A stretch of 64,000 nucleotides of DNA from Bigelowiella natans CCMP2755. Taxonomy: Eukaryota; Protista; Cercozoa. Of the stretch, positions 28,129 through 40,235 are shown one piece after another (position 1 is the stretch's first letter; the number at the start of each line of letters is the position of its first letter). Both the position numbers and the translations under genes were made by a program. The notes beneath the pieces were generated by a model. It searched no databases. It was not told where the DNA came from and worked only from the letters and a program-made list of their open reading frames with translations. The stretch spans positions 124,001 to 188,000 of the forward strand of contig ADNK01002208.1 of the NCBI GenBank assembly GCA_000320545.1, written 5' to 3'.

Positions 28129-30206
28129 ATTCTTACACCATCATTCCTAGCCATTCCTAGCCATATGTTCTACTTCCCTCTTCCCCCCTATTCGCCTTAT
28201 TTATTGTATGCTTTCATTTTACAGAAAGTGGTACTGCTGATGGGGAGAATATCTGTAGCAGCAGTAGCAGCAGCAGCAGCAGCATCAGTAGCACACTGAG
28301 TTGGGGTGTTCCAGTTTACGGAGCCACTGACGTCTTGAAGGCTGTCTGCATATGCCCTCTCCTCCCTCGAGAGCAAAGCACCCAACAAGGCCAATCAAAA
28401 CAGTCGCAGCAGCTGCTGCAGCAGCAGCAGGTGGAATCTTCACACGTCGTATTTTGTGCGGGTGGAAGAGAACATCTTCTTGCTTATGGCCTCACCAAGT
28501 CGCTGGAGGGACCGGGGGGCGGGATCATTAACAGAGGGGATATCGGCGGTAAGGGATGATGATAATGATGGTGATGTTGAATTATGGATTATGTAGGGAG
28601 GTTAGCTGACGAAAGGGATGATAATAACAACGATTGGTGTGCAGTGGAAAGAAATACCACCAGAATCATCAACAGACAACATCATAACGACTATTCATGC
28701 ATCAGGAGAATACTGAAAAAGCCAACATTTTCAAAGTTATTTTTGCGTGAATGTTGATGTACATCGTCCAACTTCCTCTTACTATATCCCTCCTATCTCA
28801 CATAAAAAGGGCGCGTGTATACGAAGACGGGTAAGTGGTGGAAAAACAAGCAAAAATGTCAGGAGGAGCGTGAGGAGATTCTTGACGTACGCATCATGTC
28901 TATATCGGCTCAAGGCCCATTCCTCCTCTATGATGATGATGATGATAAAAGTGTTCTGGATGATGATAATAATGAGAACAAGGATGGTGACGATAATTAT
29001 ATGAAATGCTACCATGTGGTTGCTACTGGGAGTTCATCGGGCAAAGTCTCAGTTTTCCTCTACTCTGTACAAAATGCAGCGTTTGAAGGAATAGCTGAAA
29101 ACCAAAAGGAGCACAAATCTCCTATTCTTTCTTTGGCATCGTTTTGTAGCCCTAGTAGCAATGGAAGAGGAGAAGCACGGCGATTGTTATTCTCATCGTC
29201 GTCGAAATCATCATCATCGTCATCATGCTACTTTGCGAGTGGTGATACGCAAGGGAGACTCGTCGTGTGGAAGTTGTCTAGGCAGCATCAGCAGCAACAG
29301 CAGCAGTCTGCATTTTCTTCTTGTGACACTGCTACTACTACTACTCCTCCACCCTCATCTCCTTTTTCGTACAAGCTAGAACCGATCTTGAGGCAAGATT
29401 CCCTGCACCAATCAGGCGTGAATTCGATTGCTGCTATTTCGTTCTTGCAGCCATCTGCGTGTGCTGCTACGATGACGGCGAGTGGTGATGGAATGGAAGA
29501 TAGTGATATTGATGATGATCATAGCAACGATGCTTATAATAAGTGCAGGAGTTACAGCTGGGATACTATTGTCACCACGGGGGGCGATGATCAGGCGCTT
29601 AGCGTCTTACATCTTCGGTTTGCAGAAGACCAGCAAAGAGTAGTTTCAACGACCACACAAGCGACAACGATATATGATAATCATCCTACGCAAAAAGTGG
29701 AGAAAATATCAGTACTGACGATATCGAGTGCACACACATCTGCTCTCAAAGCAGTAGATATCATCCGAACTACTACTACTACTACTGCTGATTCCAATCA
29801 ATATAAAGCGGAAGATACAACGACGAGCATCTTCGAAATCTTTAGCACTGGCTACGACCAACGGCTCAAACGTTGGAAAGTCTCTCTGGTATCGAGGCTA
29901 AAGAATAAAAAGAAGAAGGAGACACTGAGCAAAATGGCGGACTATCGGCCGCAGCTTGAAATAAAATGCACCTACAAATCTTTCACCGACGTTCCAGATA
30001 CGTCGTGCCTTTCCATAGTGCGATTCAATTGTGGAGGGGGAGGAGGGAAGCAGGAGGATGAGGGGAAAAGATTGCGACACTTGTTGCCGCAAACGGCAGA
30101 TAAAGATGCCGGAAATGGGAAGAGCTCCGCAATGACTGTCATCGTAGCTGCTGGGCATGGCCTTCAAGCACACATAGTTAATGAGGATGTCTCAATGAAA
30201 GAATAG
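21117..30206 (+). CDS. WDR6: WD repeat protein 6 / Trm734 (tRNA 2'-O-methyltransferase cofactor), multi-exon, with low-complexity insertions
   Basis: Ordered family motifs: VHGIK, GLAHNEV, VASGTVFREILLW, GHQGSIFDL, SVSDDRTVRCW, YGHGARIW, TAGEDAKMKVW, GFHHMQLVVWD...CGGGRRAW, DVRIMSI, HQSGVNSI, TGGDDQAL, AHTSALKAV, STGYDQRLKRW, DVPDTSCL, AGHGLQ. The start may have an additional upstream exon. Confidence 0.9.
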
Positions 30207-30964
30207 CATGCGGCCCCAGACCAATTTTTTGTTCATTTTTGTGTGCGCATCTGCCAAGTGCGTCATATTATTGCAAATAAACACGTCTGGAAACATTAAC
30301 AACACTTCATCATTGGACACTGTGATCTAGGTGATGTGACTTAAATGGTGATTGATCAACGCGAGGTAAAATATGCATGATGTATCTAGACACAAATGGC
30401 TAGATGGTAATGTGTGGGGCTACTACGCAGCGTGCATGCAAGCAAACTTCATTGTTATCGATCAGCCAATTTATTCTAGCTAAAGCTTGCATGCTAGATT
30501 TGGCGAAGACAAATTATATGTTCACAGAGCTCATATGTAGTGCGTATATATTTGGTTAGATTCGATCACCAGCTAGAAAGATAGCCTACGTACGCACGGT
30601 GTACACGTGTAAATCTACCCATGTGCATACGCTACTGCTGGCGGTGGTACGTATGGCCGGCACGCTGCTGGACTTTCACATGTGGTGGTAGACTGCGGTG
30701 CACGCTAGACGCGATGGTCGTACTTTTATTTCCAGATAGCACCGTAGAATATATAAGATATGCATTCTGCTCGATCCGTCTGTGCTATTATAACGTAACT
30801 CAATCGTGACGATATGTCCATGGATGTGGCAAAAGTAGTCTTAAGCTGGCTATAGGTGATGATCCTCCTATTCAAAGTATGCGTACTACAACACTGAATA
30901 GTGCGATGCAGATTATGCAGTCAGTAGTCTCCTGTAGTTATTTGTGATGAGCACAACTACTCCC

Positions 30965-31037
30965 AACTAGCTCCTCCGATTCTCCGCTTTGCAAAAATAT
31001 GCTGTTGTTTTACGCGAAGATTCTTCATCCGCTAGTC
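30965..31037 (-). promoter_or_regulatory. Eukaryotic SECIS element (type II-like) in the GPx 3' UTR
   Basis: Minus strand reads GACUAGC-gg-AUGAA-GAAUCUUCGC-gu-AAA-acaaca-GCA-uauuuu-UGC-aaa-GCGGAGAAUC-GGAG-ga-GCUAGUU. This gives helix I, an AUGA/GA core, a 10-bp helix II with one mismatch, apical AAA and a mini-stem, ~230 nt downstream of the stop. Confidence 0.85.
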
Positions 31038-31265
31038 CCTCTGGGATTGGCTTATTACTGTGCCCAGTACCAATGTACGTACTTATTATTACAAACTACT
31101 ACTCTGCATTAACAGATAGTAGTGAACGATACTCTTCATTTGCCGATAAGAGCAGCAGCAGCACCAGCACCAGCAGCCAAGGGACTACTGCTACTACTAC
31201 TACTACTACTACTACTACTGTTGCTTATTCATGTAGCATCGACAGAATCAGCTGTCGGTCTTGGT

Positions 31266-33276
31266 TTATAACAGTGCTTCGATGTCCTACGATGGTATAC
31301 CAATAATATGAAGACACAGAGAGAGAGGGAGAGAGAAAGAGGGAGTGGGGTTAGGGGGGGGGGAGACATCAACCAACGGAAGAGAATGAGAATGAGAATA
31401 AGAAAGAGGAAATTACATGATGTGCAAGTATGTCATTGAATTCTCTTATGTTCAACCTTCTTGATATCGATCGTTGGATATCGTCTGCTGTACCGTTTGA
31501 CAGGCAAGCCATCTTTGTTGATGAGGAATTTTTCAAAGTTCCACGAGATGTCTGAATAATGATCATAATAAATAAATAGAATCATGATTGCTTTGAAACT
31601 TGCTCGATTTCATTCGATCTCTCTCTCCCTCCATCTCTTTCTATTACTATTAAAATGTGTATAAATGATCTCCAGTCATCATTTTACCGTTACGCTTGAC
31701 TGGTGACCAAATGATAAATTGTGGATTTCCAATTAGCTGCTCCCCATCATCACCTCTTTATCATCATCAATGCACATCCAATCAATCAGTCTCGTATCAA
31801 GTGCAATTCAAAATCCACAATCATTTCTGAATAGAAGAAAAGAGTATTATTTCCTTCATTGTTGGTATTGGCCGCTGAGAAGAAAAGTTTCTCTGTTTTC
31901 ATGGTATTGCCGTGAAAAATATTGTTTCTTCTTCTTCTTCATCATCATCTTCTTCTTCTTTTAATATCGGTATTTTGGTTTATGTTGGTAGTAGTACTCT
32001 GGTACAGGAAGGACTGATTTCAAGTACGTGAAGAGTGGTAGCTCCTAATAATATGATCGATCATTTGGTTCTTCAACAATGGTGATGCTTTGCTATTTCT
32101 TCCTCTCAGAGACAAATCGAACTGTAGACTGAGTTTTCAGTAATACTTTAATTTCGAATGCACAAATTGTAGTTTTTAGTGATGTTATAATTGTTGGTGT
32201 TTTGTTCCAACGTATTATTGGCTTATTATTATTATCACATTTGCTCCATTCACGTCAGCGCGAGAGAAGATGGGAAACTTTGGCTCATACCCATTCCCAG
32301 GGCGAATCTTACAAGTATAAGCAACCACAACACCCACCAACACGACGACGATGACAAGACGGCGACAAGACGAAGCAGCCACCAATTACTTTGTTTGTTG
32401 TGCAAATTCGCCATCATCGTTCGTGTTGTGTTAGCTGCTGCTTCTTGAAATGATGATATTACATGCTTGAGCTGTGAGAGAATCTCCTTGCCTTTATTAT
32501 TGGTTTGATGGCCAAATTGGTTAGAGGGAAAACCAAGGCACATAAAACCTTTTGAGGCAAACTCTTCCGTGAGCGAGTTCATTCCTTCGAAATCGCTCAC
32601 GGTCGTACCTCATAAAGTTGCAACGTTCTCGATCAAGAGAACTTTCCCCTTATATTGAGACAAAGCTGTAGTATTATGCATAAATCGTTAGCGATGAAAT
32701 GAAAGAGTGAATACTCGTGACCATTTATTGTTACAAATGTGTTCTTAAAATATCTGTGAGGTAAACCCCTCCTCATTTTTAAAAAATATTACGGTGAATT
32801 GTTCCATCGAGAAGTTCAGCAGAAAACTCATACACAGACGATGCACTGGTTGGATCAGTTCCAGCGTTGACAAACACGAGAGAACGGCGAGCATTTCCAT
32901 TGATGGACGACATCGTTGGACGAAGAAGCGGCTGCTTGTACGGCATCTTGCTCCGACCATTAGAGGCAACTCCTCTCACTATGGGCATACGTGCCACCTA
33001 CATGTGAGGATGATACAACTGTAAGGGAAAATCGATCAAATAAAGACTTAGAGAAATTTTACTGAGCGGGCCATCATCGATGGAGCTTTTAAGGTTGCGA
33101 GCCGTGAGCGTGACGACGACCTCGATGATTATGAGAATAATCAGCGGGTGGAGCATGATAGATGTCATTCATGTGATATGATGAGGGCAATATCACCATA
33201 AGACAGTAAGGAAAGCTGCCATTCCAAGCAGCAGGAGGTGCGGCGATCGGAAACCGCGAGAGGTGGTTCCTCCCAT
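31266..33276 (-). CDS. GPX: Selenocysteine glutathione peroxidase, GPX1/2-type, with a bipartite N-terminal leader (9 exons)
   Basis: [13 protein letters not shown](TGA 32610-32612)-[67 protein letters not shown]. All joins are GT-AG and in frame. Confidence 0.95.
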
Positions 33277-33694
33277 TGACAACAGTCGTAGAATCTGCTG
33301 AATAATGAGGCGGAGGAGGGTGTTAAACGGAGGGAGAAGAACAGAAAGAATAGAAATATTCCGACGGCAATTAATTGTGATGCATGCAGTTCACCGCTTA
33401 CGACAAGCCAGTTTGCCCAGTTTTTTTTATAATGAATTTTGGATCAACATGTGACCGATGCGAGTTGTTGCCAGTATTGTAATAATAAGTCGCGAGTGGT
33501 ATCTCCCAGGAGAAATTATTATCTAAACTCCGCACCTTGATGTCGGAAAGGGAGAAAGGCTATCGGAAAGGGAGAAAGAAAGGCTACATTTTAGACAAAA
33601 ATACTAGGGTTATTCCTCGATGACATATGACCAGGTACATATGTGATAACTGCTGCTGTTATAGACAGTGGTCAAGTTTTTACGGGACATTAGA

Positions 33695-34387
33695 ATGGCG
33701 GATCTACTGAAACAAAAGCTTGTAGCCCGATATAGACGGACATGTAGCGCGAGCAAGAGCATGAGGGTAAACATTTAAACTCAATTCGGTATCGTTCTAA
33801 AACTCCTGGTTTTAGAAATTATTTCTCTTCCTCGGAGCAGGAGTCGGCCTAATAGAGCTGGTGAAAGCAGGTAATAGTTTGACATTTCCTTTTAATTTTT
33901 TGATATCGAAAATACTCGCATCTACTTGAAGTTTTCATGACTGATATTATTTTCGACAGTGCAAACTCCCTCTATCAATGGGACACTCTTCGAGCTGCTT
34001 TCTGCTATGATAGCAGCAGGATCAGGGTGCTTCATTAATCAATGGCCGGATGCGGAACAAGCTGTTCTCGCATTCAAACTAGCATTTTTCATCAGCTTAA
34101 TACAGCTAGCTACATTTGCAACCCATTTAAATGGAGACATTATGCTTCCAAACAATTCATGGCCTTTGGGATGTTTCTTCTTCGTGGTTTCCTGGGGATT
34201 GGATAGGTACATGCTGCATACTTTAAACAGAACACTGAAAGTTATAGCAGAACTAGGGGAAGTTATGGAAGATGCCCAACGAAAAACTACATCTGGGAAG
34301 AAATCAAAAAGGAAGAATGAACAGAAACGAATAACAAAGGAAACTGGTGAGCAGCCCCTGATCCCAGAATCAAAAAAAGATAGGTGA
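33695..34387 (+). CDS. Small multi-pass membrane protein of unknown function (3 exons)
   Basis: MADLLKQKLVARYRRTCSASKSMR/KLFLFLGAGVGLIELVKA/VQTPSINGTLFELL... spliced in frame into ORF 33959-34387, with several hydrophobic segments and a Lys-rich tail. Confidence 0.7.
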
Positions 34388-35099
34388 GCGCGTACATATG
34401 CGTCTGGGAATAGACGGCAAACTGTTTTTATCTAGCATGCATGCACATGTGGGCTGCGTTTGAATGTATGCACAAATTGATTAACGCATAGCGCAACGCG
34501 TGCGATACCCAATGGATATAGACATGTACGCAAATTCGGTTCACGTAAAGACGTCATTGTACAGCCATGCTAGCATGCCAGCACATCGCGTCATTGTTGT
34601 TGTTGAATGCTATATTGATTAGCCCCATTTGTCACATAGAGAGTTCGGTAGCGCGATATACGCCTAGACGTGTACGCATTTAGCAGCATGAAAGCACTAT
34701 GCCTGTGCAGTATATAAGCGTGCATGCGTCTAGCTGGCGCTGCCAATAACGGAAAACACTAGGCCATACTATTAACAGTATAGCACGGTGTATGTGTGCA
34801 CCACTAGACCACGTGTGCATTAAATGCAGAGGCTACTTGTTGCCGAGATGATGTTCAGCGAACAGTTTTGGATTTCTAGGCTTACTGTGATGCAACACGC
34901 CACACAAAACATCGCTAGGCATGTGCATGCAAATGCATTTGGGTGATCATCAATGCACAGCATGCATGTGCGCCGCGCATCGCGGGCAGTAAATGAAGAA
35001 GCTATCCAAAGGTTAGTTTGTGTAGTTGTATTAAAGCGCGAAATAAAGTTTGCGCATGATTGATACATCAGCTCTGTGCAAGGTGTGCACGCGCTAGGT

Positions 35100-37650
35100 G
35101 TTATTGCAACGTTTAAAGAACTGTTTTCTTCTTCCTCCACGCTCATCTGGCCACTGATTCAATACATAATGCTAAAGTCGTAATACTCACACCAAAATCT
35201 TCTATATTGTGGGCGAGTGTACGAGAAATTTGCTACGGGAACGCTGACTATTGAAATTCATTTTCCCGTCGTCTATTACTTGATCTTTTCCTCGGATTTT
35301 ATGCTCTTCATTTCGGAACTGGTTGGCAGCAAGCTTTCTCTGCAGGTAATCTATTTGGGAGTCCTTCTTGCTATTTTCGTCGGACAAATAACATATCTAG
35401 ATAAACATAAAAAGCATTAATAATGTCAAAAATTTCCTAGCAAAGAAATTGAAGTGAATGGTATTGAGCGACATTAAACGCGCACAATAACTCGTATGAA
35501 AAAAAAAACTCTCTCTCCCTCTTTCTCTCGTTATATGACCACCTCATCAAAAAGGGCGTTCCGAGTAATTAATGGGATACATGTGTCTTTCAGCTGCTTC
35601 AGCGATAGTAATGACTCCGCGCTTATTTTCATTGGCCTGTCGTCCATTACGCACAAAGTGCCTAGACCAACACCCTGCATGTACGATTGTATCAGGAAAA
35701 ATAAAGTAGAAGTTTAACCGCAATAATGATTTGTTGATGGCGAAACTCTTTCTTCCATCACCTGAACAAACAACGGAATTCCAGCGTAGAATCGCAACTT
35801 CAAACCATCAGTCACCAATGGATTATCGGAAAATCGAGCATCTTTTTCGAGGTTTTCTATAACATATGCCTATTTAATACCCAAACAGAATGGATTATCG
35901 TTAAGATATGACTTAATTCTCCGTCAATCTTGCAATTCTTGAAATGTACGACCTGTGTTGGAGATTGAATGGCATGAGAACACATTGAAATTGAGCGGTC
36001 AAATGAGGAGCGCAGCCCGATTTGACTCTTGAGCACACAATGCTCCTCCTATATTACCAATTGGATAATATTAAAGGGATGCTGAAGTGTTAATCTTAAC
36101 ACGAACAAATCGCCCAAAAACAAATATGAAAGGATCTAAAAATGGGTGGTTGTGAGAGTGGCAACTAGGGATATGTTAATCATCATCTCACTAATATTGT
36201 ATCTCACCGTGACCAAAGTGAGCGCTGCATATGACGTCCGGCACATCCTCTTCGCCAATTTCAAGATGTTTTGCAACACATCATTTTCGAGAGGTGTTGT
36301 TTCAAGAAGATTCAGTAAACATATTAGTCTGATACGATACTCTTCGCTTTCAGGTTTGGCAGCAGGGCGCCAATTGGGCCTTGCTTTTGGCTCGGGGGAT
36401 GGTAATAGGAGTTTGTCGTTGTATTTCATCATATCCTTCGATGGGCGGACTTTTGGTAATTCCTGCCACTCACCATCAATCTGATGTGGAGATATGCACG
36501 ATGCGTGTTTAATAATTATGATATATCATCACTAACATTCACCATCCAGAGGTAGGGATATAGCAGTTGTTCATTTGTATTGTTTTCAGCAGGAAAGTGA
36601 CTGTGAATGCTTGCCGCCGTCGTTGACTTCCAATGATGGAAAAATCGGAGGAGTGGAAACAATACATCGGTCGCAGCGTGTATCGGCAGAATTCTTTTCA
36701 TTGCACAAGTGTTTGCTGCTCGGTATTACCTGGCATAGCTTTCCCTCTCCCTCAAGTCCATTGAACGCCTTTAACGCCTCCATTTCCACAAGCAAAGTCT
36801 TGAAAATAGCGAACAATAGATATGGAAGTCGGATATGTGGTCGGATGCCAACAAGTAATAATAAAAAACAGTCTGATCATTTCGCATTCAAGTAATAGCT
36901 ACAATTTCCTATATTGCGCATCATCATCCTCCTTTTAATGTTCATGAAAGACGACGACTCTTCTCCTTCACCTGTCTCTCATGTGATATAATTTCCCCAT
37001 CCATTTCCTCCTTCGATGAAAACAGCATTTAACCAAAAGTTTTCAGATATGCACCAAGACAACGTTAGAAATAGTATTTGTCCGTCAACATCTCCATTCA
37101 CGTGGACGCGAAGAGACGTATTAGTAATGACGATACTAATAGTAACAATAATCACAATGGTTATGACACGTTTTCCATATGTTGAAAAATCCCCAAATAT
37201 AATACAGTCGAAACCTGCTGATCCTCATCCTTACGAATAGCACTACAAAATCGGAAATAGTAATAAGTTAGATTTAAAGGCATAGCGACGTGAGCAGGAT
37301 AGGATTTTCTACCTTTTTCCCTCTTCCTTTTCCTTTCTCCTAGATTTTTCTAATGCCTCTGTTGCGCATCTATCTACTGCATGCCTGGAGAGTCTAGAAA
37401 TTGCCGTCCCAACCTAATAGGCGGATGAAGAATCCAGTTTGGAGTGAGAGCAACTCAGCAGCAGAAATCATAAGTGACGAGCAACAACAACGACAAACAA
37501 CAACAACAACAACAGTGAAGGGCATTGAGAACATTCTTTTCATAATGTCCACAAAAACGAGCGATTGAGCGATCTTTTACGTTGTGGAACAGATACCGAG
37601 TTTTCTCTTGAGACTAAGCTAAAGCTGGCCGAGTGTTGAGGCCCCTCCAT
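35100..37650 (-). CDS. GAF-domain protein (both ends approximate)
   Basis: Exons give EEYRIRLICLLNLLETTPLENDVLQNILKLAKRMCRTSYAALTLV, RSISMCSHAI, YVIENLEKDARFSDNPLVTDGLKLRFYAGIPL and LGTLCVMDDRP, the classic GAF consensus. Confidence 0.85.
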
Positions 37651-38036
37651 TGTCAGAGTGCATAGATCTAGATCCAGATCTGATGATCAGCAGATATTTA
37701 TCTTTTCAGGCACATAATGAAGGTCATTTCTAAGGAAAATATCAAGTTTCTGTTGTCGCAACACTTTTCAACAAAGCTGAAGACTTTCTTGTGGTTCTCT
37801 CACCGGAAAAAGCTGAAACTTGAGGCACCCGTACCCCAATCTAAAGATGAGAGAAAAGGCAACAAAATATCAGATGTTTGTTCGATAAATACGAAACATT
37901 TCCCGGTGCAACAGGCGCTTCAATTTCGGTCGCAGCTGCGCTCGAGGCTTGTGTGTTTCTTTGCATCATCAGTCGGGAAATTCGAAAATCCAACGCCATG
38001 GTCACGACCATTTCGAGCTAACACCGAGGAAGAACA

Positions 38037-40235
38037 ATGTCTTCTGACACCCCCACGACCCTTGCCAGCAGCAACACCTTCAAAGCAATATGCGGCAACG
38101 ACCTTCCCTGTCTGAAGCGTTTAATTGGGGAAAACGCAGATGTTGAGGAACGAGGCCCTCTCGGTGGGTAGCAGCTGCAGCATCAACATTGTCGCGTCAG
38201 TAGTTGGAGTGTTGAGTGATTGATAGCACATGTAGTGTTGGATGTTAGGTCAAACATGAAGCAAAATATTTGCAGTAGAAATAGAAGTAGAAAGTAGCAT
38301 TGACAATAGGTTTGGTGACACTGATGGTAGCAGAAGTAGTGAGAGAGAGCGCCATTTCCATGGATGTGAGTTGTGATTTGTCTTGGGAAACAAACGTCTG
38401 GCGGTTGTAATTTTATGTTTTAAAGACATTTGTTGAGGATGCACCGTCATCATTTGGAAAAATGACACTCAAAATTGCAAAAATGTAAAGATATGGTCGA
38501 TTTGCCATTAGGTGATACTCTGTTAATCGCGGGTTCAAGGGAGGGTCATTTTGAGATCGTAAAACACCTGGTCAACATGAAGGCAAACATTGAGGCGGAA
38601 AACGAAGAAGGTGGGTGCCAATGCTAGCATTGAAGGAGCAGTTGTAAAAATGTTACATAATTTTAAATGACTACATAACGATACATTAGGTGATACTCCG
38701 TTAATCGTGGGTTCCACTCGGGGTCATTTGGAGATCGTAAAGTACCTGGTTGACATGAAGGCAAACATTGAGGCGAAAGGCAGATATGGTGGGTGCCAAT
38801 GCTAGCATTGAGGCAGCAGTTGTAAAAGATGTCACATAATTTAAATGACTACATCACGACACATTAGGTAGTGATACTCCCTTGATCGCGGGTTCCAGAA
38901 AGGGCAAATTGGAGATCGTAAAGTACCTGGTTAACATGAAGGCAAACATTGAGGGGAAAGACCGTGGCGGTGGGTACTAATGCTAGTATTGAGGCAGCAG
39001 TTGTAGAAGATAATACACGATTTGAACTGAATACATCACCACACATTAGGTAATACTCCCTTGATAATGGGTTCCAGAAAGGGTAATTATGAGATCGTAA
39101 AGTACCTGGTTGACATTAAGGCAAACATTGAGGCGAAAGGCAGATATGGTGGGTACCAATGCTGGCATTGGGGCAGCAGTTGTAGAAGATGTTACATCAT
39201 TTCAAATGACCATATCGCCACAAATTAGGTTATACTCCCTTGATGATGGGTATGAAAAACGGTAAATTTGAGATCGTAAAGTACCTGGTTTGACATGAAG
39301 GCAAACATTGAGGCGAACGACTGTTCCGGTGGGTACTAATGCTAGCATTGAGGCAGCAGTTGTAGAAGATGATACACGATTTGAAATGATAATATCACGA
39401 TGCATTAGGTGAAACTCCCTTGATCGTGTGTTCCAGAGAGGGTAATTTTGAGATCGTAAAGTACCTGGTTGACATGAAGGCAAACATTGAGGCGAACGAC
39501 TGTTCCGGTGGGTACTAATGCTAGCATTGAGGCAGCAGTTGTAGAAGATGATACACGATTTGAAATGATAATATCACGATGCATTAGGTGAAACTCCCTT
39601 GATCGTGTGTTCCAGAGAGGGTAATTTTGAGATCGTAAAGTACCTGGTCGACATGAGGGCAAACATTGAGGTGAAAGACCGTCGCGGTGGGTACTAATGC
39701 TAGCATTGAGGCAGCAGTTGTAGAAGATAATACACGATTTGAACTGAATACATCACCACACATTAGGCAATACTCCCTTGATAATGGGTTCCAGAGAGGG
39801 TAATTTTGAGATCGCAAAGTACCTGGTTGACATGAAGGCAAACATTGAGGCGAAAGACCGTCGCGGTGGGTACTAATGCTAGCATTGAGGCAGCAGTTGT
39901 AAAAGATAATACACGATTTCAAGTGACTATGTCACCACACATTAGGCAACACTCCCTTGATAATGGGTTCCAGAGAGGGCAATTTTGAGATCGTAAAGCA
40001 CCTGGTTGACATGAAGGCAAATGTTGAGGCCAATGACAGAAATGGGTACACGTCCTATGACTTGGCGAACCATGACGAACTCAAAGTGTTCATCAAGCAA
40101 AGATGCATTGAGCGACGGGTTCAGGTGTTCAAAAGAGACTTCAGGGATTTGCACATGTTGAGCACGGAATTGAAGCGAGGGTTGGGGGCGGCAGTAGTCG
40201 CCATGACCACGAAAAAACAGGTGCACAAGAGTTGA
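38037..40235 (+). CDS. Ankyrin-repeat protein with one repeat per exon; possibly pseudogenising (one +1 frameshifted exon)
   Basis: Exons at 38037-38163, 38512-38610, 38690-38788, 38868-38969, 39050-39148, 39229-39328, 39409-39507, 39588-39686, 39767-39865 and 39946-40235. Each internal exon encodes one repeat, e.g. GDTPLIVGSTRGHLEIVKYLVDMKANIEAKGRY. Confidence 0.9.
38512..40044 (+). repeat. Tandem array of nine ~179-bp exon+intron units
   Basis: Repeated GAGATCGTAAAGTACCTGGTTGACATGAAGGCAAACATTGAG core and a gtgggt...attag intron at 178-182 bp spacing. Confidence 0.95.

Noticed and set aside
32610-32612. Premature stop suggesting a GPx pseudogene
   Set aside because: The TGA is exactly at the catalytic Sec position, the remaining frame is intact, and a SECIS is present.
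38512-40044. Regular repeat array resembling CRISPR or satellite DNA
   Set aside because: The units are coding ankyrin exons plus spliceosomal GT-AG introns, with no unique spacers and no cas genes.
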